A stretch of 64,000 bases of DNA from Nanobdellota archaeon (GCA_030648285.1 JAUSIC010000011.1:1513-65512), one strand, 5' to 3'. Counted from the first letter of the stretch, positions 40,937-50,575 are shown. Numbers and translations are program-made. The notes: a model not told the origin generated them from the letters alone.

Positions 40937-42040
40937 TTATTGAAGAAAATCAATTCCTAACTCTTCCTCAATTTCCCTATGCTTTAAATCTTCTATATTT
41001 TCTTTATGTCCTAAAATCTGAGAACTATTAACTCCTGTAACAACTAGAAGAACACGGATTGTTTTTTCCATGTCATCTGAAATCTGCGCTCCCCAGATTA
41101 ATCTCGCATCTGGATTTAATTTTTTGTTGACTGTTTCAATGACTGTCTTGCATTCATCGAGAGACATATCTTGTCCTCCTATTATATTTACCAAAGCACC
41201 TGTCGCGTTTGAAATGTCTACATCAAGGAGAGGATTATTTATTGCTTTCTCAACTGCTTCTGTTGCTCTCTGCTGTCCATCAGATTCGCCCATTCCAATT
41301 AGCGAAACTCCTCCATCTACCATTACTGTTCTTACATCTGCAAAATCAAGATTTACTAATCCTGTTGTTGTAACTAGTTCTGTAATTCCTTTTACTGCAT
41401 TTGTCAAGATTTCGTCTGCAATCTTGAATGCAGTATGCAATGGCAATTCTGGAGCAAGTTCAAGAAGCTTGTCATTTGGAATAACAATAAGAGTATCTAC
41501 TACAGATTCCATTTTTTCCAAACCATTCATTGCATTTTCAACTCTTTTCTTTCCTTCAATAGTAAATGGAAGGGTCACAATCCCTATTGTCAATGCACCC
41601 TGCTTTTTTGATAATGAAGCAATCACAGGAGCAGCACCTGTTCCTGTTCCTCCTCCTAACCCACAAGTTATGAAAATCATATCGCTTCCTGATATTTTCT
41701 TTTTAATTTCTGATTCTGATTCTCTTGCTGCTTCTTCTCCTATTTTTGGATTGCTTCCTGCACCTAAACCATGGGTGAGTTCTTTTCCAATCAGGATTTT
41801 TTGGTCTGCATTTGTATATAACAGATCCTGAGCATCTGTATTAATTGCTATGAGTTCTCCTCCTTTGATTCCTATTTCTCTCATTCTGCTAAGAGAATTT
41901 CCTCCTCCACCTCCAACACCGATTACTTTTATTTTTGTGTTTTGCTTTTTTAATATCTCTTCAAGCTCTCTGTCAACAATAAGAACTTCTTCAGATATGC
42001 CAGAATTCATACCTTCTTTTTTTCCAAAAACATCAGCCAT
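40937..42040 (-). CDS. ftsZ: cell division protein FtsZ
   Basis: 'GVGGGGGN', 'GGGTGTG', 'NLDFAD'. Confidence 0.98.
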   Translation of the reverse strand: MADVFGKKEGMNSGISEEVLIVDRELEEILKKQNTKIKVIGVGGGGGNSLSRMREIGIKGGELIAINTDAQDLLYTNADQKILIGKELTHGLGAGSNPKIGEEAARESESEIKKKISGSDMIFITCGLGGGTGTGAAPVIASLSKKQGALTIGIVTLPFTIEGKKRVENAMNGLEKMESVVDTLIVIPNDKLLELAPELPLHTAFKIADEILTNAVKGITELVTTTGLVNLDFADVRTVMVDGGVSLIGMGESDGQQRATEAVEKAINNPLLDVDISNATGALVNIIGGQDMSLDECKTVIETVNKKLNPDARLIWGAQISDDMEKTIRVLLVVTGVNSSQILGHKENIEDLKHREIEEELGIDFLQ

Positions 42041-42092
42041 AAGTAAAGAAATAGTGAATTATTTATAAGGATTATTGTAGTAAAAAAAGGAG

Positions 42093-42773
42093 TTATTCAT
42101 GATTATGGACATGTTCTATAAGCTCTTTAAGTTCAACCTCTTTGATTTCTAACTCTAAGCCAAATAGATCCTTAAATTTTTCGCTAAAAAGCTTGACAAA
42201 ATCAACTGCTGGCTTTTCAACTTCCAAGATTATTTTGTTATCTTTAATTTCAAACTTTAAATCTCTCTTGAAAAGAAATTCTATGAAAGACTTCACTTTT
42301 TCAGCTAATTTATCAATTTTTCTTAAAATCCTTATTTTGTAAACAACATCTTTTCCTGCTAAAGGATTATTGAAATCAACCATTACTCTTCCTCCTGATA
42401 CTGCAAGAACTTTCGCAATTTTTCCGTCAAAGTTGAACATTGCTCCAATAGAAGGATTTAATTTACTTTGGATAAAAATCTTCAAGGGTATCATTTGTAT
42501 TAACTTTGTATCTCTTTTTCCAAATGCATTTTCAGGAGAAAGCGCTATTTCATATGTTTCAGGTGTATCTGGTTTTCCGATGAGAAAATCATCAATTGCC
42601 TGAAGAAACATTCCCTCACCAAGGCAAAAAACGAACGGTTTTGTTTCAATAGGGTGTGTATGCCCTTCATGCAATTTAGCAACATCTTCTCTTATGTTTG
42701 AATCAAATATCTCTCCATCTTTGATTTTTCCTGTAAATTCTATTTCAACAAAATCTTTTTTTTCCAAAGACAT
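42093..42773 (-). CDS. slyD: FKBP-type peptidyl-prolyl isomerase (SlyD-like)
   Basis: 'PENAFGKRD', 'VDFNNPLAGK'. Confidence 0.9.
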   Translation of the reverse strand: MSLEKKDFVEIEFTGKIKDGEIFDSNIREDVAKLHEGHTHPIETKPFVFCLGEGMFLQAIDDFLIGKPDTPETYEIALSPENAFGKRDTKLIQMIPLKIFIQSKLNPSIGAMFNFDGKIAKVLAVSGGRVMVDFNNPLAGKDVVYKIRILRKIDKLAEKVKSFIEFLFKRDLKFEIKDNKIILEVEKPAVDFVKLFSEKFKDLFGLELEIKEVELKELIEHVHNHE

Positions 42774-42824
42774 TTTATTCCTTGAGCAAAAACGTTTATA
42801 AATATATTTTTTCTAGGTTGTTAT

Positions 42825-43214
42825 ATGGTTTTAAAGATTATCAATGCAACAGAGGCAAAAGTAGGGACTAATATTATAGTTGATGGCGAGGCATATACTG
42901 TCAGAAAAGTTGATATAAGCAAGACAGGAAAACATGGACATTCTAAATGTAGGATAGAAGCTATTGGGATTATTGATGATAACAAAAAAAAGATTCTGGT
43001 TCTTCCTGGACATGAAAGAGTAGAAGTTCCAATGATTGACAAGAGAAAAGGACAAGTATTGTCTGTAGGAGACAGGGTAAGTATTATGGACATGGAAAGC
43101 TTTGAAACACTTGAAGTTGATTGCCCTGAAGATATAAAACAACAATTAACAGGCGAAGCAAATGTAGAATATTGGGACATTGAAGGGAAAAAGATAATCA
43201 AACGTAAGGTATAA
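42825..43214 (+). CDS. eif5a: translation factor aIF5A
   Basis: Hypusine motif 'SKTGKHGHSK'. Confidence 0.95.
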   Translation: MVLKIINATEAKVGTNIIVDGEAYTVRKVDISKTGKHGHSKCRIEAIGIIDDNKKKILVLPGHERVEVPMIDKRKGQVLSVGDRVSIMDMESFETLEVDCPEDIKQQLTGEANVEYWDIEGKKIIKRKV

Positions 43215-43261
43215 AGATTATCAGCAAGGTTTAAAAATCATTTTCATCTCTTCTTATAATC

Positions 43262-43483
43262 ATGACAAACCTATATGAACCAAGAAAAAATGTTTATATA
43301 ATCCAGAGAAAAGGAAAGGTAGAAAAAATTGTTGGAGAGAGAGAAGATTTGCCCTTTATGACAGGAGTTGCTAGATTAACAACACAACCAACAAATTCAG
43401 ATATAATGGATTCTATCAAAGAACTTTCAGAGATTAGTGGGAAGATTGCGAGAAAGAAATCAGAGGTGCCTTACAGTGGCTAA
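43262..43483 (+). CDS. hypothetical protein
   Basis: 73-aa ORF with own TATA, overlaps rpl40e start. Confidence 0.5.
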   Translation: MTNLYEPRKNVYIIQRKGKVEKIVGEREDLPFMTGVARLTTQPTNSDIMDSIKELSEISGKIARKKSEVPYSG

Positions 43484-43637
43484 GATATTAGAAGCAACAA
43501 ACAGATTATTCAAGAATGTTTTTGTATGCAAGAAATGCAAGCTTAAAGTCAGAGCAGATCCTCAAAAAATATTGGCTGGAAAAGTTAAATGCAGAAAATG
43601 CAGGAGAAATGCTTTCAGGCCGCTTCGTAAAAAATAA
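43476..43637 (+). CDS. rpl40e: 50S ribosomal protein eL40 (GTG start)
   Basis: 'FVCKKCK.KVRA...KCRKC...FRPLRKK', SD GAGGTG at ~43464. Confidence 0.85.
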   Translation: MAKILEATNRLFKNVFVCKKCKLKVRADPQKILAGKVKCRKCRRNAFRPLRKK

Positions 43638-43683
43638 ACAAAAAAGAGAATGAAAAACAGACAAGCTGTTTTAAAGGAGATAA

Positions 43684-45120
43684 ATGAACTTCATAGTATA
43701 TGATATAGCATTATTGGTAATTTTTGCCATAGTTGTTGCAATATTTCTTATAAGGAACAAGAAAAAATTAAAGAGAGAAGGATTATTATTTCTTTACAAG
43801 GCTGATTGGGGAATAAAACTTATCAATAGAATTGGAAAAAAGCATGAGAAAGCTCTTCGTGTTTTGAGTTATGTTTCTATTGCGATTGGATTCTTGTTGA
43901 TGGCTGGAATTTTTTATCTGTTCGGAAGAATTTTGTGGATTTACATTTTTAATCCAGCTGTTGTCAAAGCAATAAAAATTCCTCCTATATTGCCCTTGTT
44001 TCCTTACCTGCCTCAGGTTTTCAAGTTAGATTTTCTTCCTCCTTTTTATTTTATATATTGGATAATAGTAATCGCAATAGTTGCAATAACTCATGAATTT
44101 TCACATGGAATTTTTGCTGCATATAACAAGGTAAAAATAAAGAAAACCGGATTTGGGTTTTTTCCATTCTTTCTTCCTGTATTTTTGGCTGCTTTTGTAG
44201 AATTAGATGAAAAGATAATGGCTACAAAAGAAAAAATAAAGCAGATGGCTATACTTTCTGCAGGAGCATTCGCAAATGTCATTACTGCAGTATTATTTTT
44301 CTTCCTATTATGGGGGTTTTTTGTAGCCTCATTTACCCCCGCAGGAGTTAGTTTTGATATTTATTCTTATTCACCAGTAATCATGTCTCAGATTAAATCA
44401 ATAGACAATATTACTTTTGCAATGGTTCCTAACCAGCAGGATTTATTAAATTCTGTGAATCCAAATGGAACAAGTGTAATTAAAACTGTAAATAATCAAT
44501 ATGTGGTTACTAAAGATTTCTTAGAGCAGCAAAAGAATACTGTGAATTATATTCTTCTTTATAATAATCTGCCTGCAATTAATGCGGGGTTAACAGGAGC
44601 AATCTCAAAGATAAACGGAGTTTCAATTGACAGCAGAGAAAAACTTTCCAGTGAAATTTCCAAATATTCTCCTGGAAATGTAGTAACCATAGAAACAAAA
44701 TCTGTGGAAGGAGATAAAACCTATAAAATAACTCTTGGAGAAAATCCAGAAGATAAAACAAAGCCTTTGATTGGAATCGGATTCATGAACCAGCCTGATA
44801 CAGGGATAATGGGCAAGATTTCAAATCTGATTTATTCAATGAAAAAGCCTAATGTTTATTATGAACCTAAGTTTGGTGCTGCATCATTCATAAATGATTT
44901 ATTATGGTGGCTTGTCTTGATTAGTTTCAGTGTTGCATTAGTGAACATGCTTCCTGTTGGAATTTTTGATGGGGGAAGATTCTTGTTCTTGGCTGTTTGG
45001 GGAATAACAAAAGACAGAAATAAAGCAGAAAAAACTTTCAAGTTCTTGACTTATCTAATATTGCTTTTTGTTTTAGTTCTTATGATCTTCTGGGGAATTG
45101 GGGTTTTTGGAAAGGCTTAA
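43684..45120 (+). CDS. site-2 protease (M50) with PDZ-like insert
   Basis: 'HEFSH', 'AFVE', 'NMLPVGIFDGG'. Confidence 0.92.
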   Translation: MNFIVYDIALLVIFAIVVAIFLIRNKKKLKREGLLFLYKADWGIKLINRIGKKHEKALRVLSYVSIAIGFLLMAGIFYLFGRILWIYIFNPAVVKAIKIPPILPLFPYLPQVFKLDFLPPFYFIYWIIVIAIVAITHEFSHGIFAAYNKVKIKKTGFGFFPFFLPVFLAAFVELDEKIMATKEKIKQMAILSAGAFANVITAVLFFFLLWGFFVASFTPAGVSFDIYSYSPVIMSQIKSIDNITFAMVPNQQDLLNSVNPNGTSVIKTVNNQYVVTKDFLEQQKNTVNYILLYNNLPAINAGLTGAISKINGVSIDSREKLSSEISKYSPGNVVTIETKSVEGDKTYKITLGENPEDKTKPLIGIGFMNQPDTGIMGKISNLIYSMKKPNVYYEPKFGAASFINDLLWWLVLISFSVALVNMLPVGIFDGGRFLFLAVWGITKDRNKAEKTFKFLTYLILLFVLVLMIFWGIGVFGKA

Positions 45121-45144
45121 AACTCTTTTAAATTTTAGATTTCT

Positions 45145-46155
45145 ATGCTTCCTGAAAAAATAAAGAAAACATTAGAAAAACAGCATTATGAAATTGCTGG
45201 GAAGAATGAACATTCTGCTGTTCAAATTTGCAGATGGACAAAGAATTCTTTGAATGGAAAAGGCGGATGCTGGAAAGAAAAATTTTATGGAATTGATAGT
45301 GGAAGATGCTGTCAAATGTCTCCTGCTGTAATGTGGTGTGAGAATAAATGCCTGCATTGCTGGCGTCCTATTGAAATGAATTTAGGAATTAATATTGGAA
45401 AAGTTGATGAGCCAAAAGAAATAATTGATGAAATAATAAAAGCAAGAAAAAAATTAATGGTTGGTTTTGGAGGAGATGAAAATATTTCCAAGAAAAGATA
45501 TAAGGAAGCATTAGAACCGAATTTATTCACATTTTCTCTTTCAGGAGAAGCAACTCTTTATCCAAAACTTGATGGATTAATAAAAGAAATAAGAAAAAGA
45601 AAGGCAATTTCATTCTTAGTTACTAACGGGCAAAATCCAGATGTAATAAAGAAACTTGAAAAAAATAATGCTCTCCCCACTCAGCTGACAATTTCAATGA
45701 ATGCTCCTAACAAAGAACTTTTCAAGAAATGGCACAACTCAGTAAGAAAAGATGCTTGGGAAAGATTCAATGAAACTTTGAAATTAATGAAGAAACTAAA
45801 AGGAAAAACAAGAAGAGTCGTGAGATTAACTTTAGTGAGACAGGGGGATGACACAGAGAAACTTAAAGAACTAAACAACATGAAACAAGAACATGTTGAA
45901 GAATACAAAAAATTAATTCTTATTGCAGAACCTGATTTTATTCACGTGAAAGGTTTCAAGTCTTTAGGTTATTCAAGAGAGAGAATGGGTTATTCAAAGC
46001 AACCATTCTACGAAGAAGTTAGAGATTTTGCTAAAAAACTTCTTGAAGAATTAAAATCAAAAGGATACAAGAAACTTGCAGAAGATGAAAGAAGTTGCGT
46101 TGTGTTGTTAGGGAAAGATAAGAAGATGATGAAGATTAAGAAGGGGGAGATTTAA
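45145..46155 (+). CDS. taw1: 4-demethylwyosine synthase (radical SAM Tyw1/Taw1)
   Basis: 'HSAVQICRWT', 'CWKEKFYGI', CxxxCxxC 'CENKCLHCWRP'. Confidence 0.92.
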   Translation: MLPEKIKKTLEKQHYEIAGKNEHSAVQICRWTKNSLNGKGGCWKEKFYGIDSGRCCQMSPAVMWCENKCLHCWRPIEMNLGINIGKVDEPKEIIDEIIKARKKLMVGFGGDENISKKRYKEALEPNLFTFSLSGEATLYPKLDGLIKEIRKRKAISFLVTNGQNPDVIKKLEKNNALPTQLTISMNAPNKELFKKWHNSVRKDAWERFNETLKLMKKLKGKTRRVVRLTLVRQGDDTEKLKELNNMKQEHVEEYKKLILIAEPDFIHVKGFKSLGYSRERMGYSKQPFYEEVRDFAKKLLEELKSKGYKKLAEDERSCVVLLGKDKKMMKIKKGEI

Positions 46156-47140
46156 TTACAAATTTTTCTTTTAATTGATAACTATTACTCCACTTTGTAT
46201 AAGCATTCCAACCTTGTAAAATTTCCACAAATTTTTCTTTTGATATTTTATTATCATTAAATTCTTTTATCTTTAAATTCATTTTCTTTATATTTCTCTT
46301 TCTCAAAAGTCGAAAATGGTAAAAATTTCTAAAACCAACAAAATCAACCCCTCTTGAAAGAGAAATTATCTTAGATTTTTCCTTATGTAGTTCAATTTTT
46401 AAATTTTCTTCTAGAAATTTATCAATCCGTAATTTCCAAATTTCAAGTTGCTCTCTTGAACCATGAAGTATTATAAAATCGTCAACATATCTTATATAAT
46501 GTTCTATTTTTAATCTATGTTTGATAAAATAATCCAATTCGTTTAAATAAACATTTGCAAAGAATTGTGAAGTTAAATTTCCGAGGGGCATTCCCGTGTC
46601 TTTATTAAAATTGTCAAGGATTAATCTGATTAAATGTGTAGTCTTTATGCATTTAATCTTTTCTTGGATTATTCTTATCAAAACCTCTCTATTCATCTCT
46701 TGAAAATAATGTTTAATATCTGCTTTTAGGCAAAATGCTTCCTTTCTTAGATTGCAAGTAACTTTTCTTTTAAATCTATCAAATCTTTTTATTGCAAACA
46801 GAGTTCCTTTTCCTATTCTATTTGCACAAGAGTCATAAATAAATATTTTATCAAAAATTGGTTCAATAATTCTTATTAAGGCATGATGAACAATTCTATC
46901 CCTGAATGCAGATTTTGAAATTTTTCTTGTTTTTGGGTCTCGCAGAATAAATGTTTTTAATGGTGCTGGTTTATATGTCTGATTTTTTAATTCATTATTC
47001 AAAGTTTTTAGATTGCTGATAAGATTTTCTTCAAATCTTTTTACATAATCTTTCTTTGTTTTTCCTTTTTTTGCTTTTTTATAAGCAAGAAACAAATTTT
47101 TCATAGAAATAATTTCATCATAGAGATTATCTGTATTCAT
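46136..47140 (-). CDS. DGR reverse transcriptase
   Basis: 'FRDRIVHHAL', 'DIKHYF', 'GMPLGNLTSQFFANVYL' (DGR-type SQ), 'RYVDD'. Confidence 0.95.
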   Translation of the reverse strand: MNTDNLYDEIISMKNLFLAYKKAKKGKTKKDYVKRFEENLISNLKTLNNELKNQTYKPAPLKTFILRDPKTRKISKSAFRDRIVHHALIRIIEPIFDKIFIYDSCANRIGKGTLFAIKRFDRFKRKVTCNLRKEAFCLKADIKHYFQEMNREVLIRIIQEKIKCIKTTHLIRLILDNFNKDTGMPLGNLTSQFFANVYLNELDYFIKHRLKIEHYIRYVDDFIILHGSREQLEIWKLRIDKFLEENLKIELHKEKSKIISLSRGVDFVGFRNFYHFRLLRKRNIKKMNLKIKEFNDNKISKEKFVEILQGWNAYTKWSNSYQLKEKFVIKSPPS

Positions 47141-47168
47141 AGTAATTATTCCTGTCCTGAAAATAGAC

Positions 47169-47253
47169 TATTCCGAGACTAGAATTCCTGTTATGAGGAT
47201 TCCTGTTGCAATTGAGATTAGCCCTGTCAGAGTTGGCATTGAACCTGGCAACT
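47169..47253 (-). repeat. DGR template repeat (TR)
   Basis: Reads VARFNANSDRANLNCNRNPHNRNSSLGI in the VR frame, with 8 AAY codons. Confidence 0.93.
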
Positions 47254-47295
47254 TGTAGCCAATGTTATCAATTAGGAGATAATAATCTCTTCACT

Positions 47296-47317
47296 GAAAT
47301 TTCTCGCGAGAAATTTC
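47296..47317. other. perfect 22-bp palindrome between VR and TR
   Basis: GAAATTTCTCGCGAGAAATTTC. Confidence 0.8.
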
Positions 47318-47481
47318 TGTATTTCATAACTTAAAATAAATCTAAATGATGTGCTAATAAATTGGCGTGTAGTCCATATTTTGTAATTCTTGCTCAAGGA
47401 AAAACAAAATTTCAGGACAGAAAGAATAATAAAGAGATCTTTAAAGAATTTAGTTTTTTAATTTATTTAGCGAGCAATACC

Positions 47482-48099
47482 TTACTCGTGTCTGGTGGCA
47501 CGTACTCCGAGACCAGAATACCAGTAATGAGGATTCCTGCCACAATTGAGATTAGCCCTGTCAGAGCCGGCATAGAACCAGGCAACTGAATCTGCTCTCG
47601 GATACCAATAATATAAATTTCCTTCTCTGACATCTTTTCTTGGAAGTCCTTGAGATGTTGGATTATTAACCCAAGATTCTAAATCTATTCTTCTGTCATT
47701 CATTAGGGTGTTTCCGTCTAATTTTTCTGTTCTTGCCTTATTTTCTGTAAGCATATACAAACCATCTTGTCTTTTTTCGAAAAATGCATCAAACCATTCT
47801 GCTCTCCAAGGCTCTCTGACCCCGGTAATATCTTCATAAATTTCTGGATGATTATTCTTAATCTCTTTTAGAAATTCAACAAACTTCAAAGGAGTTTGCA
47901 TACTTAATCCTTGTTTTCTTAATTCTTTTTGAGTTTCGAACCAATTTTTTTCCTGTAATGTTCTTTGTTTTGCAACCCAGAGATTTGCTGATGGAACATA
48001 AACTGAATCATTTGATGTTTTTTGTCTCAAAGTATAAGAAACTCCTAATTGTTCAAGTCCTTTCAGTGTTTTTTCACTTACTTCTATCAAAGGTGCCAT
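47482..48099 (-). CDS. DGR target protein (C-terminal C-type-lectin-like variable region)
   Basis: C-terminus VAWFYAGSDRANLNCGRNPHYWYSGLGVR contains the VR. Confidence 0.9.
   Translation of the reverse strand: MAPLIEVSEKTLKGLEQLGVSYTLRQKTSNDSVYVPSANLWVAKQRTLQEKNWFETQKELRKQGLSMQTPLKFVEFLKEIKNNHPEIYEDITGVREPWRAEWFDAFFEKRQDGLYMLTENKARTEKLDGNTLMNDRRIDLESWVNNPTSQGLPRKDVREGNLYYWYPRADSVAWFYAGSDRANLNCGRNPHYWYSGLGVRATRHE
47503..47587 (-). repeat. DGR variable repeat (VR)
   Basis: 73/85 identical to TR, with 11 of 12 mismatches at TR adenines. Confidence 0.93.
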
Positions 48100-48143
48100 G
48101 AATTTTCAATAAATTCTGCGTTTTTAAAGATTTCTATATATTT

Positions 48144-48494
48144 TTACAAATCAATAACTCCGTCTCTTGTTAATGCTGCAAAACGAATTCCTGCAGGAAG
48201 ATTAAGAAGAGCAGAAATCAGAGCCATGTGTTCTTTTCCATCTCCACTCGCAATGCTAAGAGCAACTTCTGTTCCATTAATTTTTCCTTTTAACTTTTGC
48301 TGAAAATCTTCTTTCAAGTCTTTTATTCTTTTGCTCAAATCAACTTTAATGAATTCAAACTTTTTTTGATGTTGAAATTCTTTTGCGAAATCATCGCCAA
48401 AAAGAATTATTTTTTCCCAATCGCCCTGTGTCATTAATCCGGATACTTGTGCCCATGTTCCTTTTCCTGATGATAATAATGCAACGAGTTCCAT
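48144..48494 (-). CDS. conserved hypothetical protein
   Basis: 'MELVALLSSGKGTW..V', 'SGDGKEHMA' Rossmann-like motifs. Confidence 0.7.
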   Translation of the reverse strand: MELVALLSSGKGTWAQVSGLMTQGDWEKIILFGDDFAKEFQHQKKFEFIKVDLSKRIKDLKEDFQQKLKGKINGTEVALSIASGDGKEHMALISALLNLPAGIRFAALTRDGVIDL

Positions 48495-48495
48495 T

Positions 48496-48777
48496 TTAAA
48501 GAGATCCTGACGCAGAACGTCCATCACAATCAGGACAATAAGGATTTAGATATTTTAATTTGGTTGGAGCTTGACACATTGAACAACGTTTAGCAAAACC
48601 ATTCAAGAGTAATGCAAAATCATCCCCCAGAGTATTTCCACCAAATCTTGATTCTGAATATCTAAGAGGCCTATAAGAAAACATTTCTCTTGCTTCTTCT
48701 TTAGTCAAAGGAGAGATAACAGTAGTAACCTCTATTCCATTAAGAGTTACTTTTTTTGTCTTATCTTCAAGTCCCAT
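48496..48777 (-). CDS. hypothetical zinc-ribbon protein
   Basis: 'CSMC...CPDC'. Confidence 0.55.
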   Translation of the reverse strand: MGLEDKTKKVTLNGIEVTTVISPLTKEEAREMFSYRPLRYSESRFGGNTLGDDFALLLNGFAKRCSMCQAPTKLKYLNPYCPDCDGRSASGSL

Positions 48778-48825
48778 ATTAAAGAAAAATGAATTTTGTT
48801 TTTAAGGATTATTGTGATAATTTGT

Positions 48826-48957
48826 CTGCTTACGCAGGATTGATAATATGATAATTTAGAAACGCTTACTCCCGACTTCACCCATATGTTTGGGCGAGAA
48901 GCTGAAATCGCTCGGTTTAAGTTGCTCAAACGTGTCAATGAACACAATATAGATTAA
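48826..48957 (+). repeat. intergenic repeat family copy with 48-nt insert (48866-48913)
   Basis: CTGCTTACGCAG, GATAATTTAGAAACGC [insert] GGTTTAAGTTG, TGTCAATGAAC (48933). Confidence 0.75.
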
Positions 48958-49086
48958 CCCTTCTTTTTCCCCAACCAAATAATTTATAAATCTCCTTTTT
49001 CTCTCAAAATTACGCAATTAACTACTTCGATGCAAGATAGGTTCTATGCTTGCGACGTATAAAGTAGAAGCGAACAATTAACGAAA

Positions 49087-49143
49087 ATGACAGAAAATAA
49101 GAAATTTTCAGCACAAATACAAAACCAAGGAGGTTTTGCATAA
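49087..49143 (+). repeat. ATG-TAA leader repeat copy D (uORF MTENKKFSAQIQNQGGFA)
   Basis: Ends GGAGGTTTTGCATAATG overlapping the rpl1 start. Confidence 0.85.
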
Positions 49144-49775
49144 TGGCAGAACTTAAAGAAGACTTAGAAAAAGCTTTGATTGAATTAAGAAAAAATATCA
49201 AAGAAAGAAAATTCAACCAGTCAGTAGACTTGATTATAAATCTGAGAAAATTTGACCCAAAAAGAAATTCATTGAATCTCTTTGTTCAAGTTCCTTTTAA
49301 AATAAAAGACAAAAAAATAGCTGCTTTTCTTGAATCAAAAAACAAGAATGTTGAAACAATTTCAGCAGAAGAGTTCAGAAAATATTCAGACAAAAAAGAA
49401 GTTGATAAGCTCGTAAAAGAATTTGACTTTTTTATCAGCCAGGCAAGTTTAATGCCAAAAGTTGCTGCAACATTCGGTAGAGTTTTGGGTCCTGCGGGAA
49501 AAATGCCTTCACCACAATTAGGAATAATAATGAATGCTGATGAGAAAATAATAAATGAAATCAAAACAAAAATAAACAACAGCGTAAAAATAAGGACAAA
49601 AGAGCCAAGCATAAAAGTCTTAATTGGAAAACAAAACATGAAAGACGAAGAAATTGTTGAAAACATTCTTACTGTTTATAATTCTGCTTTGAAAAATCTT
49701 CCAAAAGGAAAAGAAAATATAAAAAATATTGAAATAAAATTCACAATGAGTAAACCTCAGAAGGTGAGAATATGA
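49143..49775 (+). CDS. rpl1: 50S ribosomal protein uL1
   Basis: 'RKFNQSVDLIINL', 'GRVLGPAGKMP'. Confidence 0.95.
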   Translation: MAELKEDLEKALIELRKNIKERKFNQSVDLIINLRKFDPKRNSLNLFVQVPFKIKDKKIAAFLESKNKNVETISAEEFRKYSDKKEVDKLVKEFDFFISQASLMPKVAATFGRVLGPAGKMPSPQLGIIMNADEKIINEIKTKINNSVKIRTKEPSIKVLIGKQNMKDEEIVENILTVYNSALKNLPKGKENIKNIEIKFTMSKPQKVRI

Positions 49776-50575
49776 AAACGCAAAATCCTGTATCAGACGA
49801 GAAGAAAGAAGTTGTAAAAGACTTAGTTAACTTAATAAAAGGAAACAAGACAATCTTGGTAGTATCTATCAAAGATATTCCTGCTTCACAATTCCAGGAA
49901 ATTGGAAAAAAATTAAGAGGAAAAGCAGAAGTTCGTGTTCCTAAAAAAAGCATGATACTAAGAGCAATTGAATCTTCTGGAAATGAAGAACTAAAGAAAC
50001 TTGAAAGTTCAATAAAAGAAAGCACTGCAGTTTTATTCTCAAACACAGATTCATTTGAATTGGCTTCTGAATTAATAGAAGGAAAAAGAGCAGCAAAAGC
50101 AAAACCAGGACAAGAAGCTCCTGAAGACATTGAAGTTCCTGCTGGACCTACTGAAATGATGGCTGGACCTGCTGTAAGTGAATTCGGAGGATTAGGAATA
50201 AAGATTCAGATTGAAGGTGGAAAAATAGTTGTCAGAGAAGCAAAAATAATCGCGAAGAAAGGAGACAAGGTTACTCAAAAAGCAGCAGACATGATGTCAA
50301 AGATGGATATAAAACCATTTTCAATTGGATTAATTCCCTTAGCAGCATTCGATACAAAAGAAGGAAAATTATACTTGAATATAAAGATAAACAGAGAAGA
50401 AACATTAAGAAATTTGAAAGAATTGTTTGCAAAATCATTGGGCTTTGCAGTAAAGATAACTTATGTATGTCCTGACACAATAAAATTCATATTAGGAAAA
50501 GCAGGAAGACAAGAAAAAATTATTGAAAATTTAATGAGTAATCACACTCCTCAAATAAATGAGGGAGGAAACTAA
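49772..50575 (+). CDS. rpl10: 50S ribosomal protein uL10 (P0)
   Basis: 'PASQFQEI..KLRG', 'AKPGQEAPEDIEVPAGPT'. Confidence 0.93.
   Translation: MKTQNPVSDEKKEVVKDLVNLIKGNKTILVVSIKDIPASQFQEIGKKLRGKAEVRVPKKSMILRAIESSGNEELKKLESSIKESTAVLFSNTDSFELASELIEGKRAAKAKPGQEAPEDIEVPAGPTEMMAGPAVSEFGGLGIKIQIEGGKIVVREAKIIAKKGDKVTQKAADMMSKMDIKPFSIGLIPLAAFDTKEGKLYLNIKINREETLRNLKELFAKSLGFAVKITYVCPDTIKFILGKAGRQEKIIENLMSNHTPQINEGGN

Larger units (their letters stand above)
46136..48099 (-). mobile_element. diversity-generating retroelement (target/VR - TR - RT)
   Basis: RT gene plus an 85-bp TR/VR pair with adenine-specific mismatches. Confidence 0.93.

Noticed and set aside
41070-41831. 253-aa antisense ORF over ftsZ (and similar shadows over AMP phosphorylase and others)
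   Set aside because: Antisense shadow ORFs caused by codon bias of real genes
43650-43686. ATGAAAAACAG..CTGTTTT..GGAG before the site-2 protease as a seventh leader repeat
   Set aside because: Lacks the CACAAATACAAAA and TTTTGCATAA cores, so similarity is too weak
46136-47140. RT as group II intron or retron
   Set aside because: Short, no maturase or endonuclease domain, and has the SQ motif and a TR/VR pair diagnostic of a DGR
47362-47589. 75-aa + strand ORF as DGR accessory gene
   Set aside because: Antisense to the VR, TTG start, no Avd-like helical pattern
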